Below, piece after piece: positions 22,695 through 34,097 of a DNA stretch of 64,000 nt; positions within the stretch are counted from its first letter, which is position 1, and each line of letters opens with the position of its first letter. Both the position numbers and the translations under genes were made by a program. The stretch spans positions 248,001 to 312,000 of the forward strand of contig OW569344.1 of NCBI GenBank assembly GCA_937625935.1. Reading direction: 5' to 3'. The DNA comes from Tetramitus jugosus. Lineage: Eukaryota; Protista; Heterolobosea. Below the pieces are notes generated by a model. The model ran no database searches. It was not told the DNA's origin and worked only from the letters and a program-made list of their open reading frames with translations.

Positions 22695-23768
22695 CTATTC
22701 CATTGCAAAATACTTGCTCTTTTGCCAGCACTTGCACCTAAAGATCTGATAAATAAACAAGGAGATGACACAGAGCGACAGAGAAACCACGGACACAAAA
22801 ACAGCCACATGAGCACCCATCACTGTCGGTATCACATTCAACGACGTATCCCCTATCTTGACACTGAACCGTGCATCACTCTCAATAAAGCAATCCACGA
22901 TATCACCAGTCGACGAGTACAGCACATCCCAACGCACACTAATCGTTGAACCAATCATACTCACAATCATCATCTTGACAATATCATAGGAGAACAGCGT
23001 ATGTTCCCCAACAACGACTCCACCACCAGTGTTATCAAACGACATGGCCCTCGATATATTGAACAAGTAAATGTGACCGACCAGTGGTTCAAACAATAGT
23101 TCCGATGATTTCTGATTGTTTGCACTCAATGATTGCATCACACTGTCTCTCATGGGTTGAAATTGTTTCCAATTGGTCAACCCTTCTGATTTGTGCGTGT
23201 ATTTGCCAATGAGAACCGTGTTGGGATCACTTCTATCGATCCGTATCGTCGTATAAATCGACTGAGCTACATCATACTGGAATCCATATTGATCAGCCAA
23301 TTTTTCCTGCGTATCGATATCAATCATTGATTTGTTGCAAATGATGGAGCTACCACGAGGCACAGGACAAACAATGAAATGAGATCTATATGCTTGCACC
23401 ACTTGTTTGTTATTACTGTTATTATTACTACTACTACTACTACTACTACTGCTATGAGTATTGTTGTTCTTTGTGTTGTGATTGTAATCGCTTCCATCTT
23501 GGACAAACTCAATGTCACTGCCCTTGTCAATCGTAAAATATCCACTGAGCACTTTACTTGATTGACCGGTCGAAAACCGAAGACTGCTCAAAAAAATATC
23601 ATTGGCACTCAATTGGCCAAAACATGACTTGGCAATGACACAACAATTGAGAGTGAGGAGCAGAGAGAGGAAAGTGAGTAGGAGGAGTGAATTGAGGGAA
23701 ATGATGTTGTTCTTGTTGTTGTTGCTGGAGTGAAGTCTGGTAGTGGTCACTCCACGTTTACCGTTCAT
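22695..23768 (-). CDS. Hypothetical type-I single-pass membrane protein
   Basis: Likely start MNGKRG (23768), signal-like 'LLLLTFLSLLLTLNCCVIA', C-terminal TM 'VAVFVSVVSLSLCVISLFIY' and a short tail. Confidence 0.65.
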   Translation of the reverse strand: MNGKRGVTTTRLHSSNNNKNNIISLNSLLLLTFLSLLLTLNCCVIAKSCFGQLSANDIFLSSLRFSTGQSSKVLSGYFTIDKGSDIEFVQDGSDYNHNTKNNNTHSSSSSSSSSNNNSNNKQVVQAYRSHFIVCPVPRGSSIICNKSMIDIDTQEKLADQYGFQYDVAQSIYTTIRIDRSDPNTVLIGKYTHKSEGLTNWKQFQPMRDSVMQSLSANNQKSSELLFEPLVGHIYLFNISRAMSFDNTGGGVVVGEHTLFSYDIVKMMIVSMIGSTISVRWDVLYSSTGDIVDCFIESDARFSVKIGDTSLNVIPTVMGAHVAVFVSVVSLSLCVISLFIYQIFRCKCWQKSKYFAME

Positions 23769-23897
23769 CTTGTGTTGTTTTTTTTGTGGTTGGATGGGTA
23801 TTTCCCTACCATCATTTTTTCCCCGCCATTTCTTCAAGGGACATTTACGATTTTCTACAAAAAATTCTAGACATACACAGCAATACAAAATCAATAA

Positions 23898-25307
23898 ATG
23901 GATTTTTTGAAAAATATTCAGGATCAGTTCCAAGCTATGATTGAAGATGTAAATCTTCAATGTGCAGAGAATGTGAGCAAGATCATGGACCAAATCGAAC
24001 AAGCAAAGCTCTATGTTCAATTCATGTATGTGGTTCTTCTTCACAAACAGTTGGTTTTCTGAAACTTAACTAACTTCACAATACACACTCGAGAAAAGAA
24101 CGGAGTGCATTGACATACAGGACAATGTAACTAGCTATGCACTCTCGATTCAGGATAGAGAGCACCATCAAGCTGAGAGACTGAAGAAGATACAACCAGT
24201 AATTTCAGTCGAGCTTCAAGAAATGAAAAAAGAACTAAAGAACATTAAAGACACTGTTATCAAGTTGCCTCAAGATACAGTTCAAATTATTTCTGATGTT
24301 TATCAAGCTTGGATTTATTCAATGGTTTGTTACTGCTTTCACACCAATGTTATGGAGAAGATGCTAACAGAGTTGTTCGTATCACACAGAACATGATGGA
24401 TGAATTCAGTAAGAAAACGATATCAAAGTTGTGGGAATCCAATGACGAACTAGGACGAATGATCAAGAGTCAAAGTGAGAAACTTCAAAAGAAGGACAAT
24501 GAAATCAACAAGTTGAGTAGTGAAGTGGAACAATTAAGGAAACTAGTCAGCGAAACAACAAATTCTAGGGATAATTTAACTGAAAAGACAAATGAGTTAG
24601 AAATGAAGAATGAAAATCTAGTTCAACAATTGAGGGACTTGAATGAACTGGTCTCTGGGCTGACATCTGAGAAAGCATCTGTCGTGGATCAAGCAGAAGA
24701 ACTCAAACAGAGGTATCAAACATTAGAGGTAACCTATCGACAAATCACTGAAGAATACAACCAATCGAACCTATCTTATGAGTCACAAATCAATCAACTA
24801 AGAGAACAACTCGAAGAGGAGAGCACCAAGCGTTCCAAATTGAAAGTACAATTGAACAACGAACAGCACAAGCATATGCAATGGATTGATGACAAGCGAG
24901 AGAAGGAACTCAAACGAAGAAGAACTCTGAATGAACAACACGACAATCACCGAGAAAAGTTGCAAACTCTTCTCCAATCAGTCAACGAGTTGAAGGAGGG
25001 TCAACAGGATATCAAATCCGCTCTCCAGTCTTTCCAACAAAAGTATATCAAGACTCTCATCAATGGCTCCAATGACAATACGGTCACACTCGAAAGTATT
25101 CTGTCCAATATCATTGCTCAAATCATAAACACTAGGAACAAGAGAGAAGAGGAATTGAAGCAGCAGATCATGGACATGGAATCAGAGTACAAACTAACCA
25201 TGAAACTCAATATCGAGCTTCAGAGAAAAATAACAGATGCACTCGCTGCGTACCGGCGTGTCCACAAGCAACTCAAAAAAGCAGAGTCTCAACTCATTCA
25301 GACCTGA
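23898..25307 (+). CDS. Long coiled-coil protein, 3 exons (introns 24026-24098, 24325-24389)
   Basis: Heptad-rich E/K/Q/L sequence. Both introns contain CTAAC and restore a continuous frame from MDFLKNIQ. Confidence 0.65.
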
Positions 25308-25412
25308 TAGAACACACTTCATCCAATTCACATTCTTCAAACTTGTACATTTATATCGATTATACTCTTTTGTGGTCACTTTTGATTCACCAAATTGCCA
25401 TGGTCCGGACGT

Positions 25413-25760
25413 CTACTTTTTGATATCTAATGGCTCCAAACATTCCAACAATTCAATACTGTTTCCTCTGATCACAACGATGCCTATTTCTCGCTTTTCG
25501 GTTGCAGATACGTCTTCGACAGCCTGATCAAGCGTAATGTTCATGAATTGATCAAATCCTCGTAAAATACCTGTCACGTGACGCTTTCCGTTCAATTTCA
25601 CTGAGAAATAGCCAATAACAAACAAACACATGGAGAGAAAAAAGTGGTTAGTCTTCTGCCGAGTGAAAATGAAATTAGAACAAAGTAAATAAAATAACAT
25701 ACAAGATAATCGCTTATCCAAGTATTTCTTGAGCTCTGGGGCATGAGATCCTTGTGGCAT
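25413..25760 (-). CDS. SNRPG: Small nuclear ribonucleoprotein Sm G, 2 exons (intron 25702-25601)
   Basis: Spliced product '[35 protein letters not shown]...[11 protein letters not shown]' matches SmG. Confidence 0.92.
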   Translation of the reverse strand: MPQGSHAPELKKYLDKRLSCMLFYLLCSNFIFTRQKTNHFFLSMCLFVIGYFSVKLNGKRHVTGILRGFDQFMNITLDQAVEDVSATEKREIGIVVIRGNSIELLECLEPLDIKK

Positions 25761-25909
25761 TGTTCTATTTTCTGTTGTTGCTTGTTTTTTGTTGGTGAAC
25801 AACAGATTTTTCTCCGTGTTGCAATGATCATCTGAGCGATTGAAGTCCTTCCACATCACATCTGTCCAGAAGAGAAAAACAACAACAACCACAACAGAAG
25901 AGAAAAAAA

Positions 25910-28681
25910 ATGACCAATGCCGCTGCCGAAACCGAGGACTTGGACCAATCAACAACAACTTCACCTGTAACACCAACAACAAATTCAATCAACGAAAACA
26001 ACAACAACATTGACGAAGAAGCTGCTGTTGAAGAATCTTCTTCTGACACGGATGCATCACCTCCATCATCACAATCATCACAACCACTTCTCTCATCGAA
26101 TACGACTACTCTATTGGACCGCATCCCATCTCACATCACAGTGACTCAACCTCTATCGAAAAATGTAGAGCAAGCCATGCAAGATCTCTTGGCACCCAAC
26201 GACCTGTTCGATTCTAGTTCATTCGACGCAGTAGAGTACGTGAATCAAGTGTTGCCAAATGAGCAGGCACTGAATGAACACTTGGATGGATTCATGGGTC
26301 GATTGAAGCGCAATATTCGATCCATTGAATCACAAATGTTGACCAGTATTCGACAACAGAGTCAATCTGGTGAAGTTGCCAGGGAGGAGTTGGAAGAGGC
26401 CAAAGTAACGATTCAAACCCTGTTTATCAAGGTGAAAGAAATTCGAAACAAGGCTGAACACTCGGAGAACATGGTTCGAAAAATTACCAACGAGATTAAG
26501 ACGTTGGACTATGGTAAGAAGAATATCATTTCGTCCATTACGACGCTTCAGAGATTGCACATGTTGACATCAACGGTTGATCAATTGCAATTGATGACTG
26601 AGAAGAGACAGTATGCAAAAGCAGCTGACAAGTTGTATGTTGCGAATCAATTGATCACCTTTTTTGGTCCTTACAAGCAAATTGAAAAGATTGAAAAGTT
26701 GATGAACCAAGTGGATTTGATTCGATCCAAGCTGAGAGATCAAATCTCGTTTGATTTTAAGCAACTGGTGAATCAGGATACGAGAAACACATCGTTGGAG
26801 TCATCTCTCGTGGATGCATGTACAGTGATTGATGCACTGGGAGAAAAATCCAGGAATCAAATTGTAGCTCAGTTTGTGAAGAGTCAAATTGATCAGTATC
26901 GTCTCATTTATTCAACCAGTGGAAGAAACAAGTCAAAGTTGGAGGACATGAAGAAGAGGTATGAATGGCTCAAGAAGCGAATCGATGTAGACTATGAACA
27001 ACATTATGCGCACATTTTCCCAAAGTATTGGTGTGTGAGACAGGAACTTGTTGTAGAATTCTGCTTGGCAACGAGAGAAGACATTGTGCACATTTTGTCG
27101 ACGGCAAAGGAAGCGATTGATCCAACAGTTTTGTATCGAGCCATCTTAAGCTCCATCAAATTTGAACGAATATGGCATGATCGATTCCATGTGACGACCG
27201 ATGTAGAGCGACTCGTTGAAATCAAGCGACAAAAGCAAAAATTGCAGCGAGAAGCGGATGAATTATCAAGGGCAATATCTGAGAAGAGTAGTAAGATTGA
27301 TATCATTGAAATTCACAAGAAAAAGTTCAAGAATGAGCAACGACAAAAGGATTTAGATCGATTGGCGCAGCAGGAGCAAGAAAAGGCAGAAAAGGAACGG
27401 GTGAAGAACGTACCAGAGAAGAACTACAATTTCCTTGGATTCATATCTACTGCTTTTGATGAACATATGGAAGTGTACATTAAATTTGAAGACAAATCTT
27501 TGGCTGATGCCCTTCGAGGATATTGCAGAAAAGAACAATGGACCTTTTCGAGTGAAACAAACAGTGCACAGGAACTATTTATGTTTATTGCCGATAGTAT
27601 CGAGAATTGTAAGTCCGTGTCAAAAGGAAAAGTTTTGATGCGATTATTCAACCGAGTGTGGAGGAAACATTTGAGACAGTACGCTACGATTATGCTTCAA
27701 AATCTACCAAAGATTACGCCCAATGCCAAGGACATTCCACCACCACCTCGAGAGTCCTCGGTGCTTTCCAGTTTGAAGGACTTAGTGGGTCAGAGTGACT
27801 ATCCTGTCCATAATCCCTCAGTTAAAATACGATTTTCGGAGGAGGAAGAGAAGTCTGTGTGCTATATTATCAAGTTGGCAGTGTACTGTCAAGAGAATGT
27901 GGAAGTTCTTGCTCAGCAACTACGAACGACACTAGACGAACCATTCTGTAATCAGATTAACATGGAAGAAGAAACAAGCGAATTCTATGCTGTAATTAAG
28001 AACGCAATCGAACAGTTGGTGTTGAACCTAATGTACTATGTAGATAACGAATTTTCCAATATTCAGAGATTACCACTTGGAACTCAAAATGAAGTCACAG
28101 ATCAATCAAACTATGTGACCAACACGATGCAACATTTATCTGATGCTCTCCAATACTTGGTTGACTATATTCCTCGAGTCAATTTCAAATTCCTATGTGA
28201 TTATCTGATTATCCAACTATTTAACAACTTTATCAGCAACATTTACAAGGTCAAGAGAGTGAACGAACAAGGAGCACAACAATTGTTGCTCGATCTTGCA
28301 TCACTCACCAAATTTTTGAAAACAATTTTGAACCTGGGAGATCCAGAGAGGTACGACGAAGATGAAATGAGTGCATTTGCTCGCAAGGTCCAAACATTGT
28401 CAAACAAACCCGAAACAATTCTCAAGGTGTTGCTATCACCGATAGATTCCCTGGCGGAAACCTATCGAGGACTCGTGAATGACAGCAACTTGCAAGAGCT
28501 GAACATCTTGATGGAATTGAAGGGTGTTCCAATCAACGAACGAGGATCCATCATATCGGATTTCAATCAACACGAAGGCAAGAAAACAGGGTTTGGTGCC
28601 ATGCTCAAGAACAAGATGGACAAGAGTGCCTCTGGCATGGTCAAAAATGTCAGAGGTGTGTTCATGAAAGGCTCAGAGTAA
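25910..28681 (+). CDS. VPS53: GARP/EARP complex subunit Vps53
   Basis: '[17 protein letters not shown]', '[10 protein letters not shown]...[10 protein letters not shown]', 'IFPKYW' and 'GAQQLLLD' are Vps53 motifs. Confidence 0.93.
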   Translation: MTNAAAETEDLDQSTTTSPVTPTTNSINENNNNIDEEAAVEESSSDTDASPPSSQSSQPLLSSNTTTLLDRIPSHITVTQPLSKNVEQAMQDLLAPNDLFDSSSFDAVEYVNQVLPNEQALNEHLDGFMGRLKRNIRSIESQMLTSIRQQSQSGEVAREELEEAKVTIQTLFIKVKEIRNKAEHSENMVRKITNEIKTLDYGKKNIISSITTLQRLHMLTSTVDQLQLMTEKRQYAKAADKLYVANQLITFFGPYKQIEKIEKLMNQVDLIRSKLRDQISFDFKQLVNQDTRNTSLESSLVDACTVIDALGEKSRNQIVAQFVKSQIDQYRLIYSTSGRNKSKLEDMKKRYEWLKKRIDVDYEQHYAHIFPKYWCVRQELVVEFCLATREDIVHILSTAKEAIDPTVLYRAILSSIKFERIWHDRFHVTTDVERLVEIKRQKQKLQREADELSRAISEKSSKIDIIEIHKKKFKNEQRQKDLDRLAQQEQEKAEKERVKNVPEKNYNFLGFISTAFDEHMEVYIKFEDKSLADALRGYCRKEQWTFSSETNSAQELFMFIADSIENCKSVSKGKVLMRLFNRVWRKHLRQYATIMLQNLPKITPNAKDIPPPPRESSVLSSLKDLVGQSDYPVHNPSVKIRFSEEEEKSVCYIIKLAVYCQENVEVLAQQLRTTLDEPFCNQINMEEETSEFYAVIKNAIEQLVLNLMYYVDNEFSNIQRLPLGTQNEVTDQSNYVTNTMQHLSDALQYLVDYIPRVNFKFLCDYLIIQLFNNFISNIYKVKRVNEQGAQQLLLDLASLTKFLKTILNLGDPERYDEDEMSAFARKVQTLSNKPETILKVLLSPIDSLAETYRGLVNDSNLQELNILMELKGVPINERGSIISDFNQHEGKKTGFGAMLKNKMDKSASGMVKNVRGVFMKGSE

Positions 28682-28793
28682 TAAACGGATCACCCATACC
28701 CACACACCATCCGAGCAAAGTTTTCACACGGCGTCGATCAAACACAAAAACACCCCAACAAACAACAATAACAATTGGAGATCAACACAAACA

Positions 28794-30521
28794 ATGGTAA
28801 TCACAATAAACAACAAATCAAGAATGGTCTCATCTCTACTGAAGCGATCATCATCCTCTTCCTTCAACAAACCCAATCACCACCATCATTGCTCGCTCCT
28901 CCTCTCCCTACATCACCACCACCACCAACAACAACAACATCAACAACAACAAAAGCGCTTTTATTTCAATGACAACAAAAGAGCAGATGCAAATTCACTT
29001 GCTTCACTACTGACAAGAGACATGGTTGGTCAACCATTGCCTCACACTCACCCGCACCTCTTCCCAACAGCACAACACAGTGTCAACAGAGGTGTCTCTG
29101 ATCAAGTGATTGCGGTCGGTGGATTCACACGCGGCGAGTTCAGAAATCGAAGAGAGAAATTGCGGAGTTTTTTGTCTCATGACGGAGAAATGGTCATTCT
29201 AAGTGCGACGGTGCAGAGCATTATGACCAATGATATACCGTATACGTATAGAGCGGATTCTAATCTCTATTATTTGACTGGGTGCTCTGAACAGCACTGT
29301 ATTGTGGTTATTGGACGAAAAGAGAGTTTTTTGTTTGTTCAGGACAAGAATGGAAAGGAAGAGCAATGGGGTGGACCGAGATCAGGTGTTCATGCCATGA
29401 GAGAACTCTTAAATGGAGAGAGTGAAGAGATGAGTGATTTACAAGTGGAATCATTGGACAAGTTTGAGATGGTGATGAGTCATTTGTTGATGCAAACGCT
29501 GGACAAGGATCAAGTCATTACCCTGCACATGGATCCAAAGAAGGATCGAGCAATCACGCAGAGAGTGATTGATGCGGCTGGTGGGCATGATCGGTTCGCT
29601 ACCTCGGAATCCGATGCCAAGTTAAACAGAAAGGTGTGGGTGCTGTTTCCCAATGATCTATTGGCTGCACTGCGCAGTATTAAATCAGAACAAGAAGTGG
29701 CCATCTTAAAACGAACAGCAGAAATCTCAAATCAAGCATTTAGAGCTGCCATGAGTGCGACGAGGCCTGGAATGTCTGAAGCTCACTTGGAAGCCATCAT
29801 GGAATTTCAATCGAGGTTGTTGGGTGCTCAACGATTAGCCTATCCCCCTGTTGTTGCCACAGGAAACAATGCAAATGTGATTCACTATGTGAGAAACACT
29901 AGTCAATTGCTTGATGGACAATTGGTTGTGATTGATGCAGGAGCAGAATATAATCTGTACCCAAGTGATGTCACTCGTGCTTGGCCTGTCAATGGTAAAT
30001 TCAGCAGTGCACAACGAATGTTGTATGAGGCCGTTCTCGATGTTCAGAAGAGTACAATTTCTTACTTGGAGCAACAAATTAAGAAAGGCAAAGATATGTC
30101 CATTAGCAAAATTCACGCCTACTCTGTGCAAGAGACAAACAGACACATTGTAGACACGCTGGGACTCAAGCCTGTCAACAAACAAATCATGGACGCGCTC
30201 TATCCACATACTATCGGCCATCCTTTGGGAATGGATATTCATGAAGATGTTCCTATCTGGGATCAGAAATTGAAACCCGGTATGGTGATCACTATTGAAC
30301 CTGGCATTTATATACCGAGTGACAGCGGTCATTTGGTAGGCACAAGTAATAGGGATCTTCTTGGTAATGGCGTTCGAATCGAGGACAACGTTCTCATTAC
30401 TGCCGACGGCATTGAAGTATTAACAAAAGCAATTCCAAAGGAAATTGATGAAGTGGAAGAGGTGTGCCAACAGAATCATCCCCTAAACAGCTATATCCAC
30501 TCCAATTACTCACATCTTTAA
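28794..30521 (+). CDS. XPNPEP3: Xaa-Pro aminopeptidase 3 / ICP55 (M24B), probably mitochondrial
   Basis: 'PLPHTHPHL', 'DIPYTYRADSNLYYLTG' and intact metal ligands (IDAG, SDVTR, GHPLGMDIHE, TIEPG, RIED). N-terminal presequence-like region. Confidence 0.88.
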   Translation: MVITINNKSRMVSSLLKRSSSSSFNKPNHHHHCSLLLSLHHHHHQQQQHQQQQKRFYFNDNKRADANSLASLLTRDMVGQPLPHTHPHLFPTAQHSVNRGVSDQVIAVGGFTRGEFRNRREKLRSFLSHDGEMVILSATVQSIMTNDIPYTYRADSNLYYLTGCSEQHCIVVIGRKESFLFVQDKNGKEEQWGGPRSGVHAMRELLNGESEEMSDLQVESLDKFEMVMSHLLMQTLDKDQVITLHMDPKKDRAITQRVIDAAGGHDRFATSESDAKLNRKVWVLFPNDLLAALRSIKSEQEVAILKRTAEISNQAFRAAMSATRPGMSEAHLEAIMEFQSRLLGAQRLAYPPVVATGNNANVIHYVRNTSQLLDGQLVVIDAGAEYNLYPSDVTRAWPVNGKFSSAQRMLYEAVLDVQKSTISYLEQQIKKGKDMSISKIHAYSVQETNRHIVDTLGLKPVNKQIMDALYPHTIGHPLGMDIHEDVPIWDQKLKPGMVITIEPGIYIPSDSGHLVGTSNRDLLGNGVRIEDNVLITADGIEVLTKAIPKEIDEVEEVCQQNHPLNSYIHSNYSHL

Positions 30522-30705
30522 TAAATTTGAAGTAATCCATGTAGAACATATCAATTAGTTCACAAAAGAAACTTTAAGTCTTGAAGAACAGCTAGAAATC
30601 GCATTAATAGATTTTGGTATGTGGTTCAGAGTAATCTTAAAATGAGTCGGATCACACACTCATCCACAGAGAATCAGCTGACGGTTTTATTTGTACACAA
30701 TGAAC

Positions 30706-31503
30706 TTAACACATGATGCACTTATGTTCTTTTTCAACGCTGATTGGAGAATTGTTCAAGTAAAGACCTAATAGAGCACTTTTGACTATGATGCCATAGA
30801 AATCATTTCCCAGATTGTGACCTGTGAGAGCACTCGTTTCGAGGTACAAGAGACAGTTATGATGCTTAGCCATTGCTTCACCTTCCTCTTTAGTGATGGG
30901 ATCCAGCTTCTCTGCTCCTAGATTTGCTAGGGCATCTGGAGAATCCCTAAGATCAACTTTAGTGCCTACGAGCACAACTACTGCTTGAGGGCAGTGATGA
31001 ACAATTTCAGGCAACCACTTGGTCGCTACCTTGTCAAAACTGTTCACGTCCATCACAGAGAAACACAATAGAAAAACATTCGTGCAAGGATAGCTCAGTG
31101 GCCTGAGTTTATCATAGTCCTCAGGTCCTGCAGTGTCCCAAAAGTGAATTTTTCTATGACCATGCCAATTGAAGGTCGAGGCATGGTTGTCAAACACAGT
31201 AGGAACGTATTCTTGTGGAAATGCACCTGTGACAGTTCGAATCAACAAAGTGGTCTTTCCTGTGGCTCCATCTCCAACAACCACCACTTTGATATGGCCT
31301 TGTGTCTTCAAGTTATAGTAGCACTCTGGTTGGTATGGTATGTCAGAGCTCAGGTCATAGGAACCAAAAAATTGTTCGTGAGCACTCTGCGATTTGAACT
31401 TGCGGTAGAAAGCGTTCAATTGGTCCAGGCCATAGTACTTGTGGTGAGGGTTGCTCAAAACAGGTGGTTTTGATTGGATGGATGCTATTCGATTCGAAGC
31501 CAT
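30706..31503 (-). CDS. Rho/Rac-family small GTPase with N-terminal extension
   Basis: 'GDGATGKT', 'YVPTVFDN', 'WDTAGPEDYDKLRPLSYP', 'TKVD', 'ETSA', a Rho insert and C-terminal CIMC. Confidence 0.92.
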   Translation of the reverse strand: MASNRIASIQSKPPVLSNPHHKYYGLDQLNAFYRKFKSQSAHEQFFGSYDLSSDIPYQPECYYNLKTQGHIKVVVVGDGATGKTTLLIRTVTGAFPQEYVPTVFDNHASTFNWHGHRKIHFWDTAGPEDYDKLRPLSYPCTNVFLLCFSVMDVNSFDKVATKWLPEIVHHCPQAVVVLVGTKVDLRDSPDALANLGAEKLDPITKEEGEAMAKHHNCLLYLETSALTGHNLGNDFYGIIVKSALLGLYLNNSPISVEKEHKCIMC

Positions 31504-31700
31504 TCACTCGAGTTAGTTGTTTGTGTTGTTCCGCTTGTGAACTCTTCCGGAAATTTCCCGAACTGGCACTCACTGCTTGCTCGAGATTGCACCGGACATG
31601 CAAGTCGTCATAAATCTGCAATAAGAAGAGTTATTGAATGCAATACAACTAAACCGAGAAACGACAAAAAGTGCAGTTCTGTGTTTCCTAGCACAACTAC

Positions 31701-32000
31701 ATGTCTCAGGCTCAGTTCAGCTATCTGGTACTCATCAACAGCACCCGCTTTGATCTGCTCTTTGAAGCAAGCCTCGACCGGTTCACAGATTATTATCAAC
31801 CTAGTGACGAATGCTTACGCATAGGTCACTATATTGACTGCCAATCGTCCCAGACTGATCATCAACACCATATCGACATGAAGCCTATGAAAGTACGCAC
31901 AGTTCAACACCCATACGTTGTCCACTTGAATAACAGACGGTCGCTACTCCATCCCAACTTATTTTTCAACATGACTCTTCTTCATGATAATTTCGACTAG
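31701..32000 (+). CDS. Possible small hypothetical protein (99 aa)
   Basis: ATG-initiated ORF in an otherwise empty gap, with protein-like composition but no motif. Confidence 0.3.
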   Translation: MSQAQFSYLVLINSTRFDLLFEASLDRFTDYYQPSDECLRIGHYIDCQSSQTDHQHHIDMKPMKVRTVQHPYVVHLNNRRSLLHPNLFFNMTLLHDNFD

Positions 32001-32461
32001 AACTAGACCAAAAAATTAAATTTGGTTCTTATTATGAAGGACGGCCAAGAACATGGGAGAAAAACAACCAAAACTTCTCAACAAGCAATGAAACAACAAG
32101 TATATGAATTAAGAGTCATAAAGTTAATACTCTTTTCGTTGGTCCAGATCTTCCACTTTTTTGTAACGTTTTTTTTAGTTACGCAACTTTACAATTTTTC
32201 GGTGCAAACTGGAACTCGCACCGAAGAACACTTGAGGCCAACCAACTTTTTATTGAGAACAATATTTTTTTTCGCATCTTCTCTGACTCAAAAAAATAAC
32301 TAACCAAGATGAACAAGAATCCTATACAGCCTACACACCACACTCACAACAACCTTTATCGTAGTTTCTAGCATACACCTGTTCGTTCCACTCCACACAC
32401 ATCATTTACCACTCAAACAAAAGTTATAAGTAAACCCTACCACAAAAAACCCATTAAAAAA

Positions 32462-33727
32462 ATGACCGATCATTTTACCTCGTTGAACGCCATGTCAAAC
32501 AAGTTTGATATGGCCGTTTCTCACCACTCTGAATCTGAAGCTTTCGAAGAGCACCCATTCTTCCAATTCTCTGATTCACCAAAGACTGACATTGTCGTTG
32601 GACCTTCTTTCACTGAGCTCCTTGGCGGTGATGAACAAGACAACCAGTTGTTTGCTGCCTTGTCTTCTCCAGTCGCCAATCGCTCCCCACTCGCTACTTC
32701 CTCTGGTGTTGCTCATCAAGAAAACCGTGTGTGGAAAGTTGTTGCATCCAAGTTGAACCTCTCAGAGTTGTCTGTCAAGTTGAAGACCAGACGTGATGCT
32801 CCAAGTGAGTTTATCCCAGAACGTCTCTACTCTTCCTTGAAGTATGAGCTTCATTTGACTGCTGTTGGTGATTCTATCAAGAACTTACCATTCTTGCTTG
32901 CTCGTGCTACCGTTGTTGATTCTCAAACCCTTGAAAAGGTTCAGTTGAACAACAATGCTTCTGTCTTGAAGGGAGACATTGAAGCTTCCATGTCCAAGGT
33001 TCCTAATGGAGCTGATGATATTGTGAAGGGCATGTTGAAGATTCAATTGAACTCTGAGTTGTCTTACCATCACGAAAAGAGACTCTTGTGCTTGGTTGTT
33101 GAATTCTTTGAACCTGAATCATTGGATAGCCCTGTTGTTATTGCAAGAAGTGCATTAGTCAAGTGCTATGCTCGTAAGCCAAACAAGAAGAATCCAAAGA
33201 AGAAGGGATCCGCCAGTGCCTCCGATTCAAACAAGAAGAGAAAGAAGAACATGGTTTCATTGGATGAAGATGAAGAGGAAGACACTGATGTTGATCAATC
33301 GGAGGAATCCCCAGCAAAGAAGTCGAGACAATCTCCTTCTCCACATGTTGCTGTTGAAAACAACAACTTTAATTCTGCTGCTCCTGCAAGTATGGAATCA
33401 GTCTTCCATGGCTTTAAGAAGAAATTGGATGAATTGATGGATTCCAATTCTTCTCAGTCTGATGATGTTAGATTTATGTGCTTGAGCTATCTCTTGCAAA
33501 AGATCTTGACCTCTGATCCACTTGCTGCCAAAATGTTGATGCCACATATTGTGAATCCATTTGGAATGATCCAGCAACCTTTTGCCTTTAATTTGCATGC
33601 AGTTCAGCCAATTCCTGCCTCTCCAGTCATGACTGAAGAACAGAGTTGTGCTCCAGCTGTTGCCACCCCAGATGTTGATGCGTTCGAAGCTGATTTGCTC
33701 GAATTTGCAGATGAATTCTTTGATTAA
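32462..33727 (+). CDS. Putative nuclear protein or transcription factor with a beta-rich (p53/CudA/SPT23-like Ig-fold) domain
   Basis: Central ~150-aa beta-strand-like domain ending 'SYHHEKRLLCLVVEFF...SALVKCYARKP', immediately followed by basic NLS clusters. Acidic/hydrophobic C-terminus 'DLLEFADEFFD'. Confidence 0.55.
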   Translation: MTDHFTSLNAMSNKFDMAVSHHSESEAFEEHPFFQFSDSPKTDIVVGPSFTELLGGDEQDNQLFAALSSPVANRSPLATSSGVAHQENRVWKVVASKLNLSELSVKLKTRRDAPSEFIPERLYSSLKYELHLTAVGDSIKNLPFLLARATVVDSQTLEKVQLNNNASVLKGDIEASMSKVPNGADDIVKGMLKIQLNSELSYHHEKRLLCLVVEFFEPESLDSPVVIARSALVKCYARKPNKKNPKKKGSASASDSNKKRKKNMVSLDEDEEEDTDVDQSEESPAKKSRQSPSPHVAVENNNFNSAAPASMESVFHGFKKKLDELMDSNSSQSDDVRFMCLSYLLQKILTSDPLAAKMLMPHIVNPFGMIQQPFAFNLHAVQPIPASPVMTEEQSCAPAVATPDVDAFEADLLEFADEFFD

Positions 33728-34097
33728 TCTCAAAGTATTTCAGCAGCATCGCAAAACCCCTTACGACCTTTATGGTTGTCCTTTTCTTTATCACCATAGT
33801 TTCTATGTGGTAAAGAAAAACTATTCCACCTTCGTTGGAGAACAATTTAATTTATAACATCAGCAAGGATGTAAAACTTGCAATAAATCCTAGGTCCCTA
33901 AATCAATTCCAAATTTTTTGAACTTTGTGACACTGGAAGGAACACGTGCGCCCAGTTTGTTGCTGTCTCCATCGTAAGCAATACACCTGTCGCCATTGTA
34001 AAAAGGCGCCGAAATAGCAAATAATTTTAGGTTCCACCAAACAAAAAAACGATATCACCACAACACCTTCTGTACAACAACAAGAATAATAACAACA

